Position numbers and translations under genes: made by a program
NCBI GenBank assembly: GCA_038231435.1
Contig: JBBRLJ010000049.1
Coordinates: 1 to 36,411 of the forward strand
Origin: Planctomycetota bacterium
GTDB taxonomy: Bacteria; Planctomycetota; UBA11346
DNA: 36,411 nucleotides
Direction: 5' to 3'
Shown here: positions 25,379-35,544 of the stretch, one piece after another
Numbering within the stretch: the first letter of the stretch is position 1
Layout of the letters: every line of letters begins with the position of its first letter
Notes under the pieces: model-generated
Told to the model about the DNA's origin: nothing
Databases searched by the model: none
Seen by the model: the letters and a program-made list of their open reading frames with translations, nothing else

Positions 25379-28300
25379 ATGCCAACCCCCCTAGATCTCT
25401 TCCGCCCCTGCGCGCTGCCTGTCCTGCTGTCCATCGCCGTGGTGGTAGGGTGGTGCCTATCGGCCGATCGGGCAGATGCCGCCGACAGCGCGGCGGCAGT
25501 GATGATCCCTGCCCAAGCACCGCGCGACACGATGCCGGATCCGGCGGACCTGGTGGCCTGGCCAGAGGAGATCTACCCGGTGTTCTCGCCGTCCTCGCCG
25601 GTGAACGCGACCTGGTTGATGGACGCGCCCGCCGGCAAGCACGGACCGGTCGCGCCTGGGAAGGATGGACGCCTGCGTTTCGGCGATGGCACGCCGGCGC
25701 GCTTCTGGGGCACGACCCTGGTGTACGGGATGACCTTCCCGGAGAAGAAGGAGGAGATCGTCCCGCTCGCCGACGCGATCGCCGCGTATGGCTACAACCT
25801 GGTCCGCTTCCATCACAACGATCTCAACTGGCGTGGCATCGGCTACATCAAGGCGGGGAGCAGCTATGAGCTGGATCCAACCGACATCGACCGGCTCGAT
25901 CTGCTCGCGTCTGAGCTGATCAAGCGCGGCATCTACCTGTACGTCGACTGCCTCGATTCGCGCCAGCTGCTTGCAGACGTCGGGCTCGAGGGCTGGGAGG
26001 ACATGAAGGACAACACCGGATGGAAAGGTCTTTTCCCACACCCGGCGGTGGTCGCGGCCTGGAAACGCGCGGCGCAGATCTTCCTCGACCACACCAACCC
26101 CTACACCGGCAGGCGCTGGGCCGACGAGCCGGCGGTGGCGGTGGTGGAGTGCATCAACGAGAACGGACCGTTCTGGGACTGGAACTTCAAGATCTCGGCG
26201 CGTTTCCGCACCTGGTGCGATCAGCAGTGGAACGCCTGGCTGCGCGACGCGTACCACGACCGCGCGAATCTCGACAAGCAGTGGACGGACGCCAACGGCC
26301 AGGCGGGCCTGTTCGCCGACGAGGATCCGGCGAAGGACAACGTCTTCCATCCGCCGCTGGCGCCGGTGCTGGAATGGGACCGTCCGAACCACTCCAAGAC
26401 GCGTGGCGCCGCGCGCGTGAACGACTACTACCGGTTTCTCGCTGACCAGTCGCGCGGCTTCTATGAAGACGCGGTCAAGCACCTGCGCGGCATTGGCTAC
26501 AAGAGCCTGATCATCGGCTCGCACGAGCTGCAGGGGCCGCTCGACGAATTCACCGAGGCGAGATCCACCGGCACACTGGCCTCGCATCTCTATGCCAACG
26601 CCGCCACCGCCTGGGGCGCGCGCCCGGGATCGAAGGGCGTGGTCGTCGAGGGCGTCGACGTCAGGTCGAACAACTGGTTCGCCAACCTGCTGCGCGTCAA
26701 GGTGGCGGGCGTTCCCGGCGTCAACGGCGAATGGACCGGCGGCTCGCTGACCAACCGCGCTGACGTCAACGTGGCGGTGGCGGCGGCGTGCGCGTTCCAG
26801 CGCGTCGACGCCAGCGCGCACTTCTCGCTCGCCCACCGCTGGGCAGGCGCGCAGCTCCCCGCCAAGGACTGCTTCTTCGATTGGCAGGACTATCGCAAGG
26901 CCTTCGGCATGACCTTCACCTCGATGCACGACATCCCGTGGATGTCGGCGAACCGCGTCTGCGCCGCGATATTCATCCGCGGCGATCTCGCGCCCGCGAA
27001 GGTCAAGGTGCACGTCGCCTACTCCGACGAGGACCTGCTCGAGCAGAATCTGCACGCGCTGGGGATCAGCGGCGGCGGCGGAACGATCGGCGACGCGGCG
27101 TTGTTCCTGCCGCTGATCCACCAGGTGGAATGCATCTCGTTCGCCACCGCCTACGAAGGCGACGCCGACGTGGTGTTCATGACTGGTCGCACAGCCAGTG
27201 GCGACTACCGCAAGGCCAGGCACGCCGTGCTGGTCGGCGACAATCCCTACCTGGACCATCACCACCAGCGGCGCGACCTCGGTGCGCCGGCGCGCGCGGT
27301 GGCGCCCGGAGTCAAGATCGCGACGCTCGAGAAGCCCACGGTATTCACCGTCACGGCGCCGTGGCGCGCAGCTCGGAAACTGAGCTTCGCGCGCTACGAG
27401 GGTGCGATCGAGCGTGCGAGCGTGCCCACCGGCGCGACGCCGATCGGCACGAGCGAGGATGGCGCCTACGTGCTCGGTTGGATCGATGACCGCTTCCTGG
27501 TGCTGCCCAACGGCCGCGCCTTCGGCGACGCCATCCACGACACGCGTTGGCTGTACCGCCTGTATCTCGAAGCTTGCCACCGTTGGAAGATCCCGGTCGG
27601 TGCCAACAGCGCCGATGCTGGCGAGTACGTGACCGACACCGGCGAGATGACCGTCGACTGGGCGCACGGCACCATGGTCATCGACACTCCGCGCACCCAG
27701 GGGTTCTCCGGCTACGCCGGTCTCCGGGGCGACAACCGCGCCAGCCACTTCGCCTGCGCGATCGAGCAACCCTACGCGACGGTGCTGCTGACCTCGGTCG
27801 ACGGGCGGCCGCTGGCGGAATCCGCGCGCATGCTGCTGGTCGCGAACGGACGCGACCAGAACACCGGCGAGGTGGTCGAGACCAAGGCCGGCGGACACCT
27901 CGAGCTGGTGAAGAGCGGCTCGGCTCCGATCCTGGTCGAGGCCCTGCGCGGCAGCGCCACGCTGCGCGGGGTCAAGGCCAAGGAGCTGACCGTCCGCGCG
28001 TTGGACCACCGCGGACGCCGACTCGGCACGGTCGAGACCACCGCCACCGATGATACGCTCACCATCCCGCTCTCGCCGCGCTGGAAGACGGTGTGGTTCG
28101 AGATATCCAGCAAGGAGAGCGTTGGCGAGGACGCGCCCGCCGCCGACATCGCCGCGTGGCCGGCCGCGGCCGGCGCCGCTCCCGTGGCCGTGACCAAGCC
28201 CAAGCTCATCGCGTTGGATGCGTTCTTCGCGGCGATCAACCAGCCTGGCGATGCGCCTAGCGGAGGAACGGCGGCTCCGGCAGCCGGAGCGCGCGTCGTG

Positions 28301-29452
28301 CTCGCCGAAGGCGCCGCCCTGACCCCCCAGGCCTACGGCAATGCCAAGGCCGCGAATGGAGCCGACGGCGCCGAGCTGACCTTCGGCAAGATCAACCAGG
28401 AATGGTACGGCGGCGTCGGCTTCGCCATCGTCGTCCCCGCCGGCACCGACGCCTCCGCATGCACCGGCATTGTGCTGTCGCTCAAGGGCGACGGCACCCA
28501 GCCGCGCGAGGCCTACCTCGATCTCAAGCTCGCTGGCGGTGGCTCGTTCCGCAGCCGCAACATCAACGCGATGTTCGAGAGCGACGACTGGCACGAGGTG
28601 GTGCTCAGCCAAGTCGACTTCAAGGCCAGCGGCAAGGACCAGAAGGACGCGCCGATCGCCTGGGACAAGATCCAGCGCATCGACGTCAGCTGTGTCGGTC
28701 CTTTGATGGAAGCCAAGTCGCAGGGCGTGCTGCGTTCGGTGCAGCTGGCGATGAAGGCCGCGGACGCGGCGGCGCCCGGCACGCCAGACCAGCAGAAGTT
28801 GCCGGCGCTGCCACCGATCACGCCGCTCGAAGGTCCGCGCCTGGCGATCCCCTTCGTGCCGGGCGCGACATTCGAAGCCGATGGCAAGCCGACGGAAGCG
28901 GCTTGGCGACAGGCCGTGGGCATCGCGATGGACGAGGACCAGGTGCCGGCGTGGCAGTTCACCGGCACGTTCCTCGCGACCGGCACGCGCAGCGCGAAGG
29001 AGACCGCCTCGTTCTGGCTGGTGGCCACCGAGGAGGGCTTGGGCCTGGTCGCGGTGGTGGACAAGGGCGAAGCCACGGTGATCGCGAATCAGGGCGATTG
29101 GTGGCGCAACGACTGCGTCGAGGTCTTCAGCGATGCCAAGCTGGCGCTCGACAAGCCAACGAAGCAGCTGTTCCTCGCCTACCGCCGCGCGGACGTCGAC
29201 AAGGCCGCCGCCAGCGATGCTGGAATCCGCATCGGGCGCGCGTCGCTCGCGCGCGGCTACCTGCTCGAAGCGCTCATCCCCTGGGCGAGCCTGGGCTTCG
29301 CGGCCATGCCCGTCGGCGAATTCGGCATCGACCTGCAGGCCGACATCGTCCACGCCAACGGCGCGTCGGTGCAGCTGTGCTACGCCACCGGCACCAATGA
29401 AGCGTACATGTCGGCGAAGCGCTATCTGACAGCGAAGATCAGAACGCCGTGA
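25379..29452 (+). CDS. Large secreted clan GH-A (GH5-like) glycoside hydrolase with C-terminal CBM-like and CBM9-like domains
   Basis: Signal peptide. [45 protein letters not shown]...[14 protein letters not shown] (acid/base), SHLY, VNGEW (nucleophile), [20 protein letters not shown]. Then an LSLKGDG...DDWHEV domain and a DG...EAAW...DCVEVF...[13 protein letters not shown]9-like tail. Start 25379 (or 25355). Confidence 0.8.
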   Translation: MPTPLDLFRPCALPVLLSIAVVVGWCLSADRADAADSAAAVMIPAQAPRDTMPDPADLVAWPEEIYPVFSPSSPVNATWLMDAPAGKHGPVAPGKDGRLRFGDGTPARFWGTTLVYGMTFPEKKEEIVPLADAIAAYGYNLVRFHHNDLNWRGIGYIKAGSSYELDPTDIDRLDLLASELIKRGIYLYVDCLDSRQLLADVGLEGWEDMKDNTGWKGLFPHPAVVAAWKRAAQIFLDHTNPYTGRRWADEPAVAVVECINENGPFWDWNFKISARFRTWCDQQWNAWLRDAYHDRANLDKQWTDANGQAGLFADEDPAKDNVFHPPLAPVLEWDRPNHSKTRGAARVNDYYRFLADQSRGFYEDAVKHLRGIGYKSLIIGSHELQGPLDEFTEARSTGTLASHLYANAATAWGARPGSKGVVVEGVDVRSNNWFANLLRVKVAGVPGVNGEWTGGSLTNRADVNVAVAAACAFQRVDASAHFSLAHRWAGAQLPAKDCFFDWQDYRKAFGMTFTSMHDIPWMSANRVCAAIFIRGDLAPAKVKVHVAYSDEDLLEQNLHALGISGGGGTIGDAALFLPLIHQVECISFATAYEGDADVVFMTGRTASGDYRKARHAVLVGDNPYLDHHHQRRDLGAPARAVAPGVKIATLEKPTVFTVTAPWRAARKLSFARYEGAIERASVPTGATPIGTSEDGAYVLGWIDDRFLVLPNGRAFGDAIHDTRWLYRLYLEACHRWKIPVGANSADAGEYVTDTGEMTVDWAHGTMVIDTPRTQGFSGYAGLRGDNRASHFACAIEQPYATVLLTSVDGRPLAESARMLLVANGRDQNTGEVVETKAGGHLELVKSGSAPILVEALRGSATLRGVKAKELTVRALDHRGRRLGTVETTATDDTLTIPLSPRWKTVWFEISSKESVGEDAPAADIAAWPAAAGAAPVAVTKPKLIALDAFFAAINQPGDAPSGGTAAPAAGARVVLAEGAALTPQAYGNAKAANGADGAELTFGKINQEWYGGVGFAIVVPAGTDASACTGIVLSLKGDGTQPREAYLDLKLAGGGSFRSRNINAMFESDDWHEVVLSQVDFKASGKDQKDAPIAWDKIQRIDVSCVGPLMEAKSQGVLRSVQLAMKAADAAAPGTPDQQKLPALPPITPLEGPRLAIPFVPGATFEADGKPTEAAWRQAVGIAMDEDQVPAWQFTGTFLATGTRSAKETASFWLVATEEGLGLVAVVDKGEATVIANQGDWWRNDCVEVFSDAKLALDKPTKQLFLAYRRADVDKAAASDAGIRIGRASLARGYLLEALIPWASLGFAAMPVGEFGIDLQADIVHANGASVQLCYATGTNEAYMSAKRYLTAKIRTP

Positions 29453-30183
29453 CCTCGCGCGCCTCCGCCTTCACGCTCACCGAGCTGCTGATCGTGATCT
29501 CCATCATCGCTCTCCTGGCGGCGCTGATGCTTCCGGCGATCGGCATGGTCAAGGAGTCAGCCCGCTCGGCGAGCTGCAAGAACAACATGCGCCAGCTCGG
29601 GATGGCCTTCATCGCCTATGTCGGCGACAACGAGAGCTGCTGGCCTGGCGGCAACTGGAACACCTTGATCCAGGACTACCTGAGCGGAAACAGCGGTAGC
29701 GGCGGCGGCGCCCCGCCGATCGTCTCGCGCATCGGACGCTGCCCGTCGACTCCCCGTCTGACCAGCGTCGGTGTTTCCCTGGATCTGAGCTATGCCTACT
29801 GCGGCGTGTACTACGATTCGATCTCCATGGACGGCCCGCCGGTAAAGGACAAGTACGTATTCGCGTGGGCGAGCTTCATCCCGAACCAGATCGTGATGGT
29901 CGATTCCAATATCGTTTCCAAGTCCACCAAGGTCGTGCTGTCCGAGACCTGGGCGGATACCAATCCCGCTATCGGATCCAACACGTGGGGCTGCAACATG
30001 CTCAACGACCGCTGTGCGCGGTGCGTGCACCGCGACGGAGCCAATTTCCTCTTCGCCGATGGCCACGCGCAGGGAGTGAGGCTGCCTGGCCTCCAGCGCT
30101 ACCAGGTGATCAACTCGATGGCGTTCAAGTACGACCCGATGAACCACCCCTGCAACGCCAACGACAGCGCCTACATCAAATGA
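29449..30183 (+). CDS. Prepilin-type N-terminal cleavage/methylation protein with H-X9-DG C-terminal motif
   Basis: [56 protein letters not shown]. The GTG start overlaps the upstream TGA (GTGA), implying translational coupling. Confidence 0.92.
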   Translation: MTSRASAFTLTELLIVISIIALLAALMLPAIGMVKESARSASCKNNMRQLGMAFIAYVGDNESCWPGGNWNTLIQDYLSGNSGSGGGAPPIVSRIGRCPSTPRLTSVGVSLDLSYAYCGVYYDSISMDGPPVKDKYVFAWASFIPNQIVMVDSNIVSKSTKVVLSETWADTNPAIGSNTWGCNMLNDRCARCVHRDGANFLFADGHAQGVRLPGLQRYQVINSMAFKYDPMNHPCNANDSAYIK

Positions 30184-30252
30184 TGCGCCCCACCAGCGCG
30201 AGCATCACACAACACCACTGACTCCCACGACCATCCGCAGCAGTCAGTGCGA

Positions 30253-32658
30253 TCATGCCATCGCGTGAGGTGGCAGCGCGTATCCCAACCACGCATACCA
30301 CGCGCGCAAGGTCTCGAGCGGGTACGGCCGAGGGCCGACCAGCAGGTGGGTCTGGGACACCGTCCCGCTCGTGCTCGTCCAACGGACGCGCCAGCAGTCG
30401 ATGGCATCGGCCGCAGGTAGGGTCCCAGCATCGGCAATGCCGTTCGCGGGCGCGACGAACGAACGCGACAACAACGGTCCGGTGCGATGACCCACCACGT
30501 CGACCACGCCGCGGACATCGACCAGCAGGTCGTTGACCACGGCCACGCGATGCCCCCAGCCATCGCGCTCGGTCGCGATCGCGAGTACGCCTGCCTGCGC
30601 GCGAGCGAGCACGTCGTAGGCGAGCTTGCGGCGGAAGAAGTAGTCGACGATCGCGTCCGAGACGATCGGCCAGCCATCGCGCAGATTCCACCATAGCAGC
30701 CCGGACGATGCGCCCTTGCGCGCGCGCGCCTGCAGCACGAACGACTTGAGCGCCTCTGCCTGCACCATCTGCGAGGCGTCGATGAAGTCGCGCAGGCATG
30801 CCGGATCCTCTCCGGTGAGCAGCCGGGCCTGGCTGCGCATCAGCTCGATGCGGGCGTCGTTGTCCTGGTGGCGGGGTCCGCAGCGTACCGCCAGCGGCAG
30901 CCACGCGCGGTTCCCGGCCACCGGCCATGGCTCGACGCCCGGCCCGAGCATCTCGCGCAGGCTCGCTTCCTCGGGGCAGCCATGGTAACCGATCTCGCTG
31001 ACGAACGGCGCGGTCGAGGAACGGTAGTACGCGGACAGGAAATCATCGCGCGGGCCCCACAGGTGCCGGTCCACCGGCTGGGCTCCCGTGAGCGCCGCAG
31101 CGGTGATTTCAGGCGAACTCGGCACGTACGGCCGGCACGGGTCCAATGCCGCCACCGCGCGCGCCAGTACGTCGCGCGTGATGCGGTCACGCGACGGGTC
31201 GCGGCCGTAGCCCTCCCAGAGATGCGCTTCATCGGTCTCGTTGCCGCCGCACCACAACGCCAAGCACGCGTGGTTGCGTAGGCGCGTGATCACCGCCTCG
31301 GCCTCGATCTCCACCTGCCGCGCGAACTCGTCGTCTTGCGGATAGATGGCGCAGGCGAAGGCGAAGTCCTGCCACACCAGCAGCCCCTCGCGGTCGCAGC
31401 GCTCGAAGAAGGCGTCGTCCTCGTAGACGTTGCCGCCCCACATACGCACCATGTCGCAGCCGAGCTCGAGCACCATGTCGAGGCAGCGGTCGCGATGCGA
31501 CGCGTCGCGGTGGTGGAGCGCGTCGAGGAATACCCAGTTGGTGCCCTTGGCCCACAGTCGGCGGCCGTTGACCTCAAGATGGAACAGGCCCTTGCCGTCG
31601 GCGCCCACCGCGTCGGTGCGGACCAGGCGCACGGTGCGCAGGCCGATCGTCTCAGCGCTCTCGTCCAGCACGCGCGCGCCATCCACCAGCCGCAGGGTCG
31701 CACGGTGCAGAGCCGGCTCACCCCATGCGCGCGGCCACCACGCATCGATGTCCTCAAGCTCGGTTTTGAGGCGACCGTGATGGCCGAGCACGGGCACTCG
31801 GCGCGAGAGTACCGCGCGGCCCGCGCGCATCAGCTCGATCTCGACCTCGAGGCTGCCGGATGGGATCGCTGCCTCGCTGCCGACGTACAGGTCGAGGTCG
31901 AGCTCCCACTCGACGATGAGCGAGGCCGAACGGCGATCCGCATCGATCGCGACCGTCGTCCAGCGCACCGCGGCGACGCGATGGCGCGGCAGGCGCTCGA
32001 GCCGCACGCCGCGCCACAATCCGCCGCATGCCAGACGCGGCGCGATGTCCCAACCGAACTGGTGCGGTGGCTTGCGCAGCCGCAGGCCATCCCATCCGAG
32101 GGTGCCGGCGAAGCATCCGGGAGCCACCGGGCGCGAACGCGCCCAGGCGATCGCCGAGCGGATGCGCACCACCAGCCGGTTGGATCCATCGCGAAGCGCG
32201 CAACCGGCCGCGAAGCGATGGGCGATCAACGCGTTCGCGCTGTCGCCCAGGTGGACCCCGTTCAGCCACACCGTGGCCAGACAATCCATGCCATCGAAGA
32301 CCAGCTCGCTCGTCTGGTCAGGACACGCCTCGGCCGTGAACTCGCGGACATACCACCAATCGTGCAGTTCATACCGTTGGAAACCCCAGGCCGCATCACC
32401 GACGCGGGGATCGGGCTCGATGCCCGCATCGACCAGCGCCGATTCCACCGTTCCCGGAACCGTTGCCGGGATCGTCGGCCAGGCGCAGGCCTTGAGCCCT
32501 TCGGGGTGGTCGGGGCCCGGGCCGCGGCCATAGGACAGCCGCCAGGCGCCATCGAGGACGATCGCCGCCCGCGTCGGCGTGGCTGTTCGAGTGGCTGTTT
32601 GGCTGGAATTTGGAATGTCCGCATCCGTTGCGAGGGACGATCGGTCGGTGGCCTGCAT
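30253..32658 (-). CDS. GH2 glycoside hydrolase, beta-mannosidase-like, no signal peptide
   Basis: LVFDGMDCLATVWLNG, RKPPHQFGWDIAP, KGTNW, RMWGGNVYE, WQDFAFAC, LRNHACLALWCGGNE (acid/base), FVSEIG (nucleophile), WNLRDGWP. Start trimmed to ATG 32658. Confidence 0.92.
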   Translation of the reverse strand: MQATDRSSLATDADIPNSSQTATRTATPTRAAIVLDGAWRLSYGRGPGPDHPEGLKACAWPTIPATVPGTVESALVDAGIEPDPRVGDAAWGFQRYELHDWWYVREFTAEACPDQTSELVFDGMDCLATVWLNGVHLGDSANALIAHRFAAGCALRDGSNRLVVRIRSAIAWARSRPVAPGCFAGTLGWDGLRLRKPPHQFGWDIAPRLACGGLWRGVRLERLPRHRVAAVRWTTVAIDADRRSASLIVEWELDLDLYVGSEAAIPSGSLEVEIELMRAGRAVLSRRVPVLGHHGRLKTELEDIDAWWPRAWGEPALHRATLRLVDGARVLDESAETIGLRTVRLVRTDAVGADGKGLFHLEVNGRRLWAKGTNWVFLDALHHRDASHRDRCLDMVLELGCDMVRMWGGNVYEDDAFFERCDREGLLVWQDFAFACAIYPQDDEFARQVEIEAEAVITRLRNHACLALWCGGNETDEAHLWEGYGRDPSRDRITRDVLARAVAALDPCRPYVPSSPEITAAALTGAQPVDRHLWGPRDDFLSAYYRSSTAPFVSEIGYHGCPEEASLREMLGPGVEPWPVAGNRAWLPLAVRCGPRHQDNDARIELMRSQARLLTGEDPACLRDFIDASQMVQAEALKSFVLQARARKGASSGLLWWNLRDGWPIVSDAIVDYFFRRKLAYDVLARAQAGVLAIATERDGWGHRVAVVNDLLVDVRGVVDVVGHRTGPLLSRSFVAPANGIADAGTLPAADAIDCWRVRWTSTSGTVSQTHLLVGPRPYPLETLRAWYAWLGYALPPHAMA

Positions 32659-32682
32659 GCCCGGGGATGGTACGATCGCGGC
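32659..32682. promoter_or_regulatory. 24-bp bidirectional promoter with overlapping -10 boxes
   Basis: Plus strand: TGG-TACGAT (32671-32676), 6 nt before GTG 32683. Minus strand: TACCAT (32672-32667), 8 nt before ATG 32658. Confidence 0.55.
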
Positions 32683-33657
32683 GTGCCACGACGTCCACGA
32701 TCCGCTGGAGCCGTTCAGGTTTCGCCGGAGCGCACGCGCCGTTTCCGCGGCGCGTCCCCAGCCGAGGGCTACCGCTTCGTCCATTCATGGGAGCTGCCCT
32801 TCCCAGAATTTCCGGCCTTCGACCACATCAACGAAGCGCACTGCGCGCCCGGCCACGTGCTCGAGCCTCACCGTCATCCGACGCTCGAGTTCTGCTACTT
32901 CGTCGGCGGGAGGGCAGAATGGACCGTGGCCGGCAGGACCCATCGCCTGCGCGCCGGCGACCTGTTCATCGCCCGGCCGGGCGAAGAGCACTCCGGACGG
33001 CCAGATCCCGAGGACCCGAACCGCAATTTCGCCATCGGGATCGATCCGGGCGCGCTCGTCGCCCGCGGAGCCGGTGGAATGACCGACGCGGCCGCGGACG
33101 TGGCGCGCGCCGTGGACCAGCTGTGCATCGAGGATGGACGCCGGGTGCTGCCCGCCGGACATGGTGCCCAGGCCGTGCTGCGCCGCCTGCTCGACGAGAC
33201 CGACGCCCTGGTCGGCGCCACGCCGCTGCGCCGCATCCTGGCGCTGGCGATGTGCCAGGCGCTGCTCGTCGAGTTCCTGGTCCACGTCGCGCGCTGCCTG
33301 CTCGACGGACGCGAGTCGCCGCGCGACCAGGACCAGCGCATCGATGAGCTCGAACGCTGGCTCGCCACGCGCGTCGCCGATCCGCCCTCGGTGGCCGAGA
33401 TGGGTGCACGCGTCGGATTGGCGCCCTCGCAGTTGACCGTCGTCTGTCGGCGCGCGCGGGGCGCGACGCCGCTCGAGCTGCTGACGCGCCTGCGCATCGA
33501 GGCCGCTCAGCGCGAACTCATGCGTCCGCGCGCGAGCGTGACCGCAGTCGCGCACGAGCTCGGATTCTCGTCATCTCAATACTTCGCCATCGTCTTCCAA
33601 CGCTTCACCGGTGTGGCCCCGATGGCGTGGAGACGGCGTCATCGCCTGGGCGGGTGA
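32683..33657 (+). CDS. AraC family transcriptional regulator (cupin N-domain)
   Basis: PHRHPTLEFCYFVGG...GDLFIARPGEEH, PSVAEMGARVGL...VTAVAHELGFSSSQYFAIVFQRFTGVAP..WR. This is the real part of the 773-aa ORF; start inferred at GTG 32683. Confidence 0.9.
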   Translation: MPRRPRSAGAVQVSPERTRRFRGASPAEGYRFVHSWELPFPEFPAFDHINEAHCAPGHVLEPHRHPTLEFCYFVGGRAEWTVAGRTHRLRAGDLFIARPGEEHSGRPDPEDPNRNFAIGIDPGALVARGAGGMTDAAADVARAVDQLCIEDGRRVLPAGHGAQAVLRRLLDETDALVGATPLRRILALAMCQALLVEFLVHVARCLLDGRESPRDQDQRIDELERWLATRVADPPSVAEMGARVGLAPSQLTVVCRRARGATPLELLTRLRIEAAQRELMRPRASVTAVAHELGFSSSQYFAIVFQRFTGVAPMAWRRRHRLGG

Positions 33658-33723
33658 TCGGGAATCCGGCGGCGAGCCATCTCTGATGGACCGCTATCTG
33701 ATGGACTCAGGGCCTCAGAAGAA

Positions 33724-33888
33724 TCAGCCGTCTTCTTCGTCGGTGAACGGCCGGTGCATGGTCGTCTCGGGCTCTTGCGGGCCAAGCTTCTTGCGTTCCG
33801 CCCGCTTGGCGCGCTTCTCTTCCGCGCTGCGCTTCTTGTCCATCTCGCGTTGCCGTTTCGCGAAGGTTACCGGTCCACGTTTGCTCAT
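33724..33888 (-). CDS. Small basic protein (54 aa), absent from the ORF track
   Basis: Manual translation: MSKRGPVTFAKRQREMDKKRSAEEKRAKRAERKKLGPQEPETTMHRPFTDEEDG-stop. AGGA 6 nt upstream of the ATG and GC3-rich codons. Confidence 0.75.
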   Translation of the reverse strand: MSKRGPVTFAKRQREMDKKRSAEEKRAKRAERKKLGPQEPETTMHRPFTDEEDG

Positions 33889-34034
33889 ACGGAGATCCTA
33901 TCGGGTAGATCGCAGTCTAAGGCTTTTCCGCCAAGGAGGTAGTCCGGAATACACCGACCCCCCTCGCTTGGCCGATGGGCGCTTCACGTATCCCGCTATA
34001 AAATGGTCCGCACATTCGCCATTCGCCAACGCGT

Positions 34035-34140
34035 TATAGCCCGGGCGGCGCAGCCAGCCTGCCTCCCCCCACTGCCCGTTCCTTCCTGGGGGGCAGCGCG
34101 GACGCGCGATGTTGGGGGGCAGTAGCCCCCCAACCAAAAG
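34035..34140 (-). repeat. Probable third, more diverged member of the structured repeat family
   Basis: Perfect hairpin GTTGGGGGGC-n4-GCCCCCCAAC (34111-34134). On the minus strand it starts CTTTTGGTTGGGGGGC and ends GCTGCGCCGCCCGGGCTAT, paralleling CTTTTTGTTTCGGGGGC and GCTTGCGCCGCTCGGGGTTAT of the 36241 copy. Confidence 0.5.
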
Positions 34141-34159
34141 TCCCAACAGAAAGTCCCCT

Positions 34160-34203
34160 TACAAAAAACAAAGCCCACCTCCGCCGAAGCGGAGGTGGGC
34201 TTT
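34160..34203 (-). terminator. Rho-independent terminator of the TRL-like gene
   Basis: Perfect 15-bp stem AAAGCCCACCTCCGC-cgaa-GCGGAGGTGGGCTTT (34170-34203), followed on the minus strand by GTTTTTTGT, about 20 nt after the stop codon. Confidence 0.9.
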
Positions 34204-34223
34204 CAGGAAAAGACCGTGAGGTC

Positions 34224-34550
34224 TTACTCGCCGTAGACGACGGTGGTCGTGGTGGCGTAGAGGCCGAGGATGCTCATCGACTCGTAGTCGATGTGCGCGA
34301 TCTTGGTGATTCCGGCGCCCTTGGCGGCGGTCTCGATCGAGCAATCGCCGAGGGCGATCAGGCCGACGTACGACGTGGCGGTGGCGCGGCCAACCTTGGG
34401 GGTGGCGATTTCGGTATTCGAGGTCGCGCCGTCATCGGCCTTGACGTCGGTGTACCAGGCTCCGGTTACGGGCGAGCGCGCGGCGGCGCAGCCAGAGACG
34501 AGAACGACCGCGGCGGCAGCAGCGGCGAGAGTCAGCGAGCGAAAACGCAT
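34224..34550 (-). CDS. TRL-like family small lipoprotein
   Basis: Lipobox VSGC. G.WYTDV, KVGRATATSYVGLIALGDCSIETAAKGAGITKIAHIDYE...ILGLY....TVVYGE matches the TRL-like pattern. SD AAAGGA. Confidence 0.88.
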   Translation of the reverse strand: MRFRSLTLAAAAAAVVLVSGCAAARSPVTGAWYTDVKADDGATSNTEIATPKVGRATATSYVGLIALGDCSIETAAKGAGITKIAHIDYESMSILGLYATTTTVVYGE

Positions 34551-34734
34551 GGAATCCTTTCGGGAATGTTGCGTGAGGCGGCACATTAGAAGATCAGGTT
34601 AAGACCACAAGAGATCCCTCACTGTTGCAAACGTGCCATGTGATGACGGCATGTCGCTTACCACGGTCGTATCGGGGATCCTCCAACCCCTGGAAGCCAG
34701 CACGACCGCACGGAGCCACGCAGCTCCGGCTAGT

Positions 34735-35433
34735 TCACGGGCCGATCGCGTGGATTCCCGCCGCCTGCAGCAGCTCGACTCCGCGGCTCATCTGGCGGTC
34801 GAAGCTGCCCGAACTGGTCACCCACCTGCTGCCAAGCGGGAAGCATGCCGCGCGCAGGATCGCCAGGGTGAAGTCGTGGCAGTTGCGGAACACGGTATAG
34901 CGGTGCGTGCTTTCATAGAAGAACTGCGGATCGTTCGCCGGCCTCACGTATACCCGCCGGCGATCGATCCAGCGATCGAACTCCGCATAGACCGCGCGCT
35001 TGCCGGCGACCGTGAGTTGGAGCTCCCAATAACGCGTGTGCGCGGCCTCCGCGTCGGTGCGGATGCGCTCAGGGAGATTGACCATCATGATCATGCCGTC
35101 CGCTGGCCATACACCGAGGCGCACGGCATGCAGGAAGCTGCGGTCGAGACCCTGCAGCCAGCGTGCCTCTCCGAATCCGATCTCGACGAAAGGCGGCAGC
35201 GGAGGCTGGGCCTGGGCGCGTTCGCGATCGAGCACGATCGGCATGCCGTCGTAGGGCAGGATGAAGCCGCTGTGGAAGCCGTCGTCGAACACCGTCAGGG
35301 TCATCGCCGGCTCGGGGTCCGAGCGTGGGATGTGCACCGACCGCGCGCCGCAGCCGACGAAGGCCAGCAGCGCCCAGGCGAGCAGGATGCACGTCGCCCA
35401 GGATGTGCGCGTGGAGGGAAGCGGCCGTTTCAT
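34735..35433 (-). CDS. DUF2459-like lipoprotein (His...Cys, permuted papain-like candidate)
   Basis: Lipobox FVGC. GFHSGFILP, FVEIGFGE, FYES..RY..FRNCHDF...L follow the DUF2459 pattern. Start trimmed to MKRPLP. Confidence 0.7.
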   Translation of the reverse strand: MKRPLPSTRTSWATCILLAWALLAFVGCGARSVHIPRSDPEPAMTLTVFDDGFHSGFILPYDGMPIVLDRERAQAQPPLPPFVEIGFGEARWLQGLDRSFLHAVRLGVWPADGMIMMVNLPERIRTDAEAAHTRYWELQLTVAGKRAVYAEFDRWIDRRRVYVRPANDPQFFYESTHRYTVFRNCHDFTLAILRAACFPLGSRWVTSSGSFDRQMSRGVELLQAAGIHAIGP

Positions 35434-35544
35434 CGCAGCGCGAGCGTGCCGACGATCGCGCGCGAGCAAGGCACTCCCAGCCGATCCGGGCGCCACCTCG
35501 ATCGATGCCCTCGTCCTCGGATCCATCCGCGTTACGCTGCGAGC

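Noticed and set aside
25457..29353. 1298-aa minus-strand ORF
   Set aside because: Mirror frame of the GH5-like gene.
34060..34100. SRP (4.5S) RNA-like CAGGAAGGAA motif on the minus strand
   Set aside because: It lacks the CAGG-n-CCGGAAGGAAGCAGC domain IV context and the long enclosing helix; better explained as part of the repeat element.
34224..34620. tRNA next to the TRL-like (tRNA-associated locus) gene
   Set aside because: No cloverleaf or TTCGA T-loop in a tRNA context is visible nearby.
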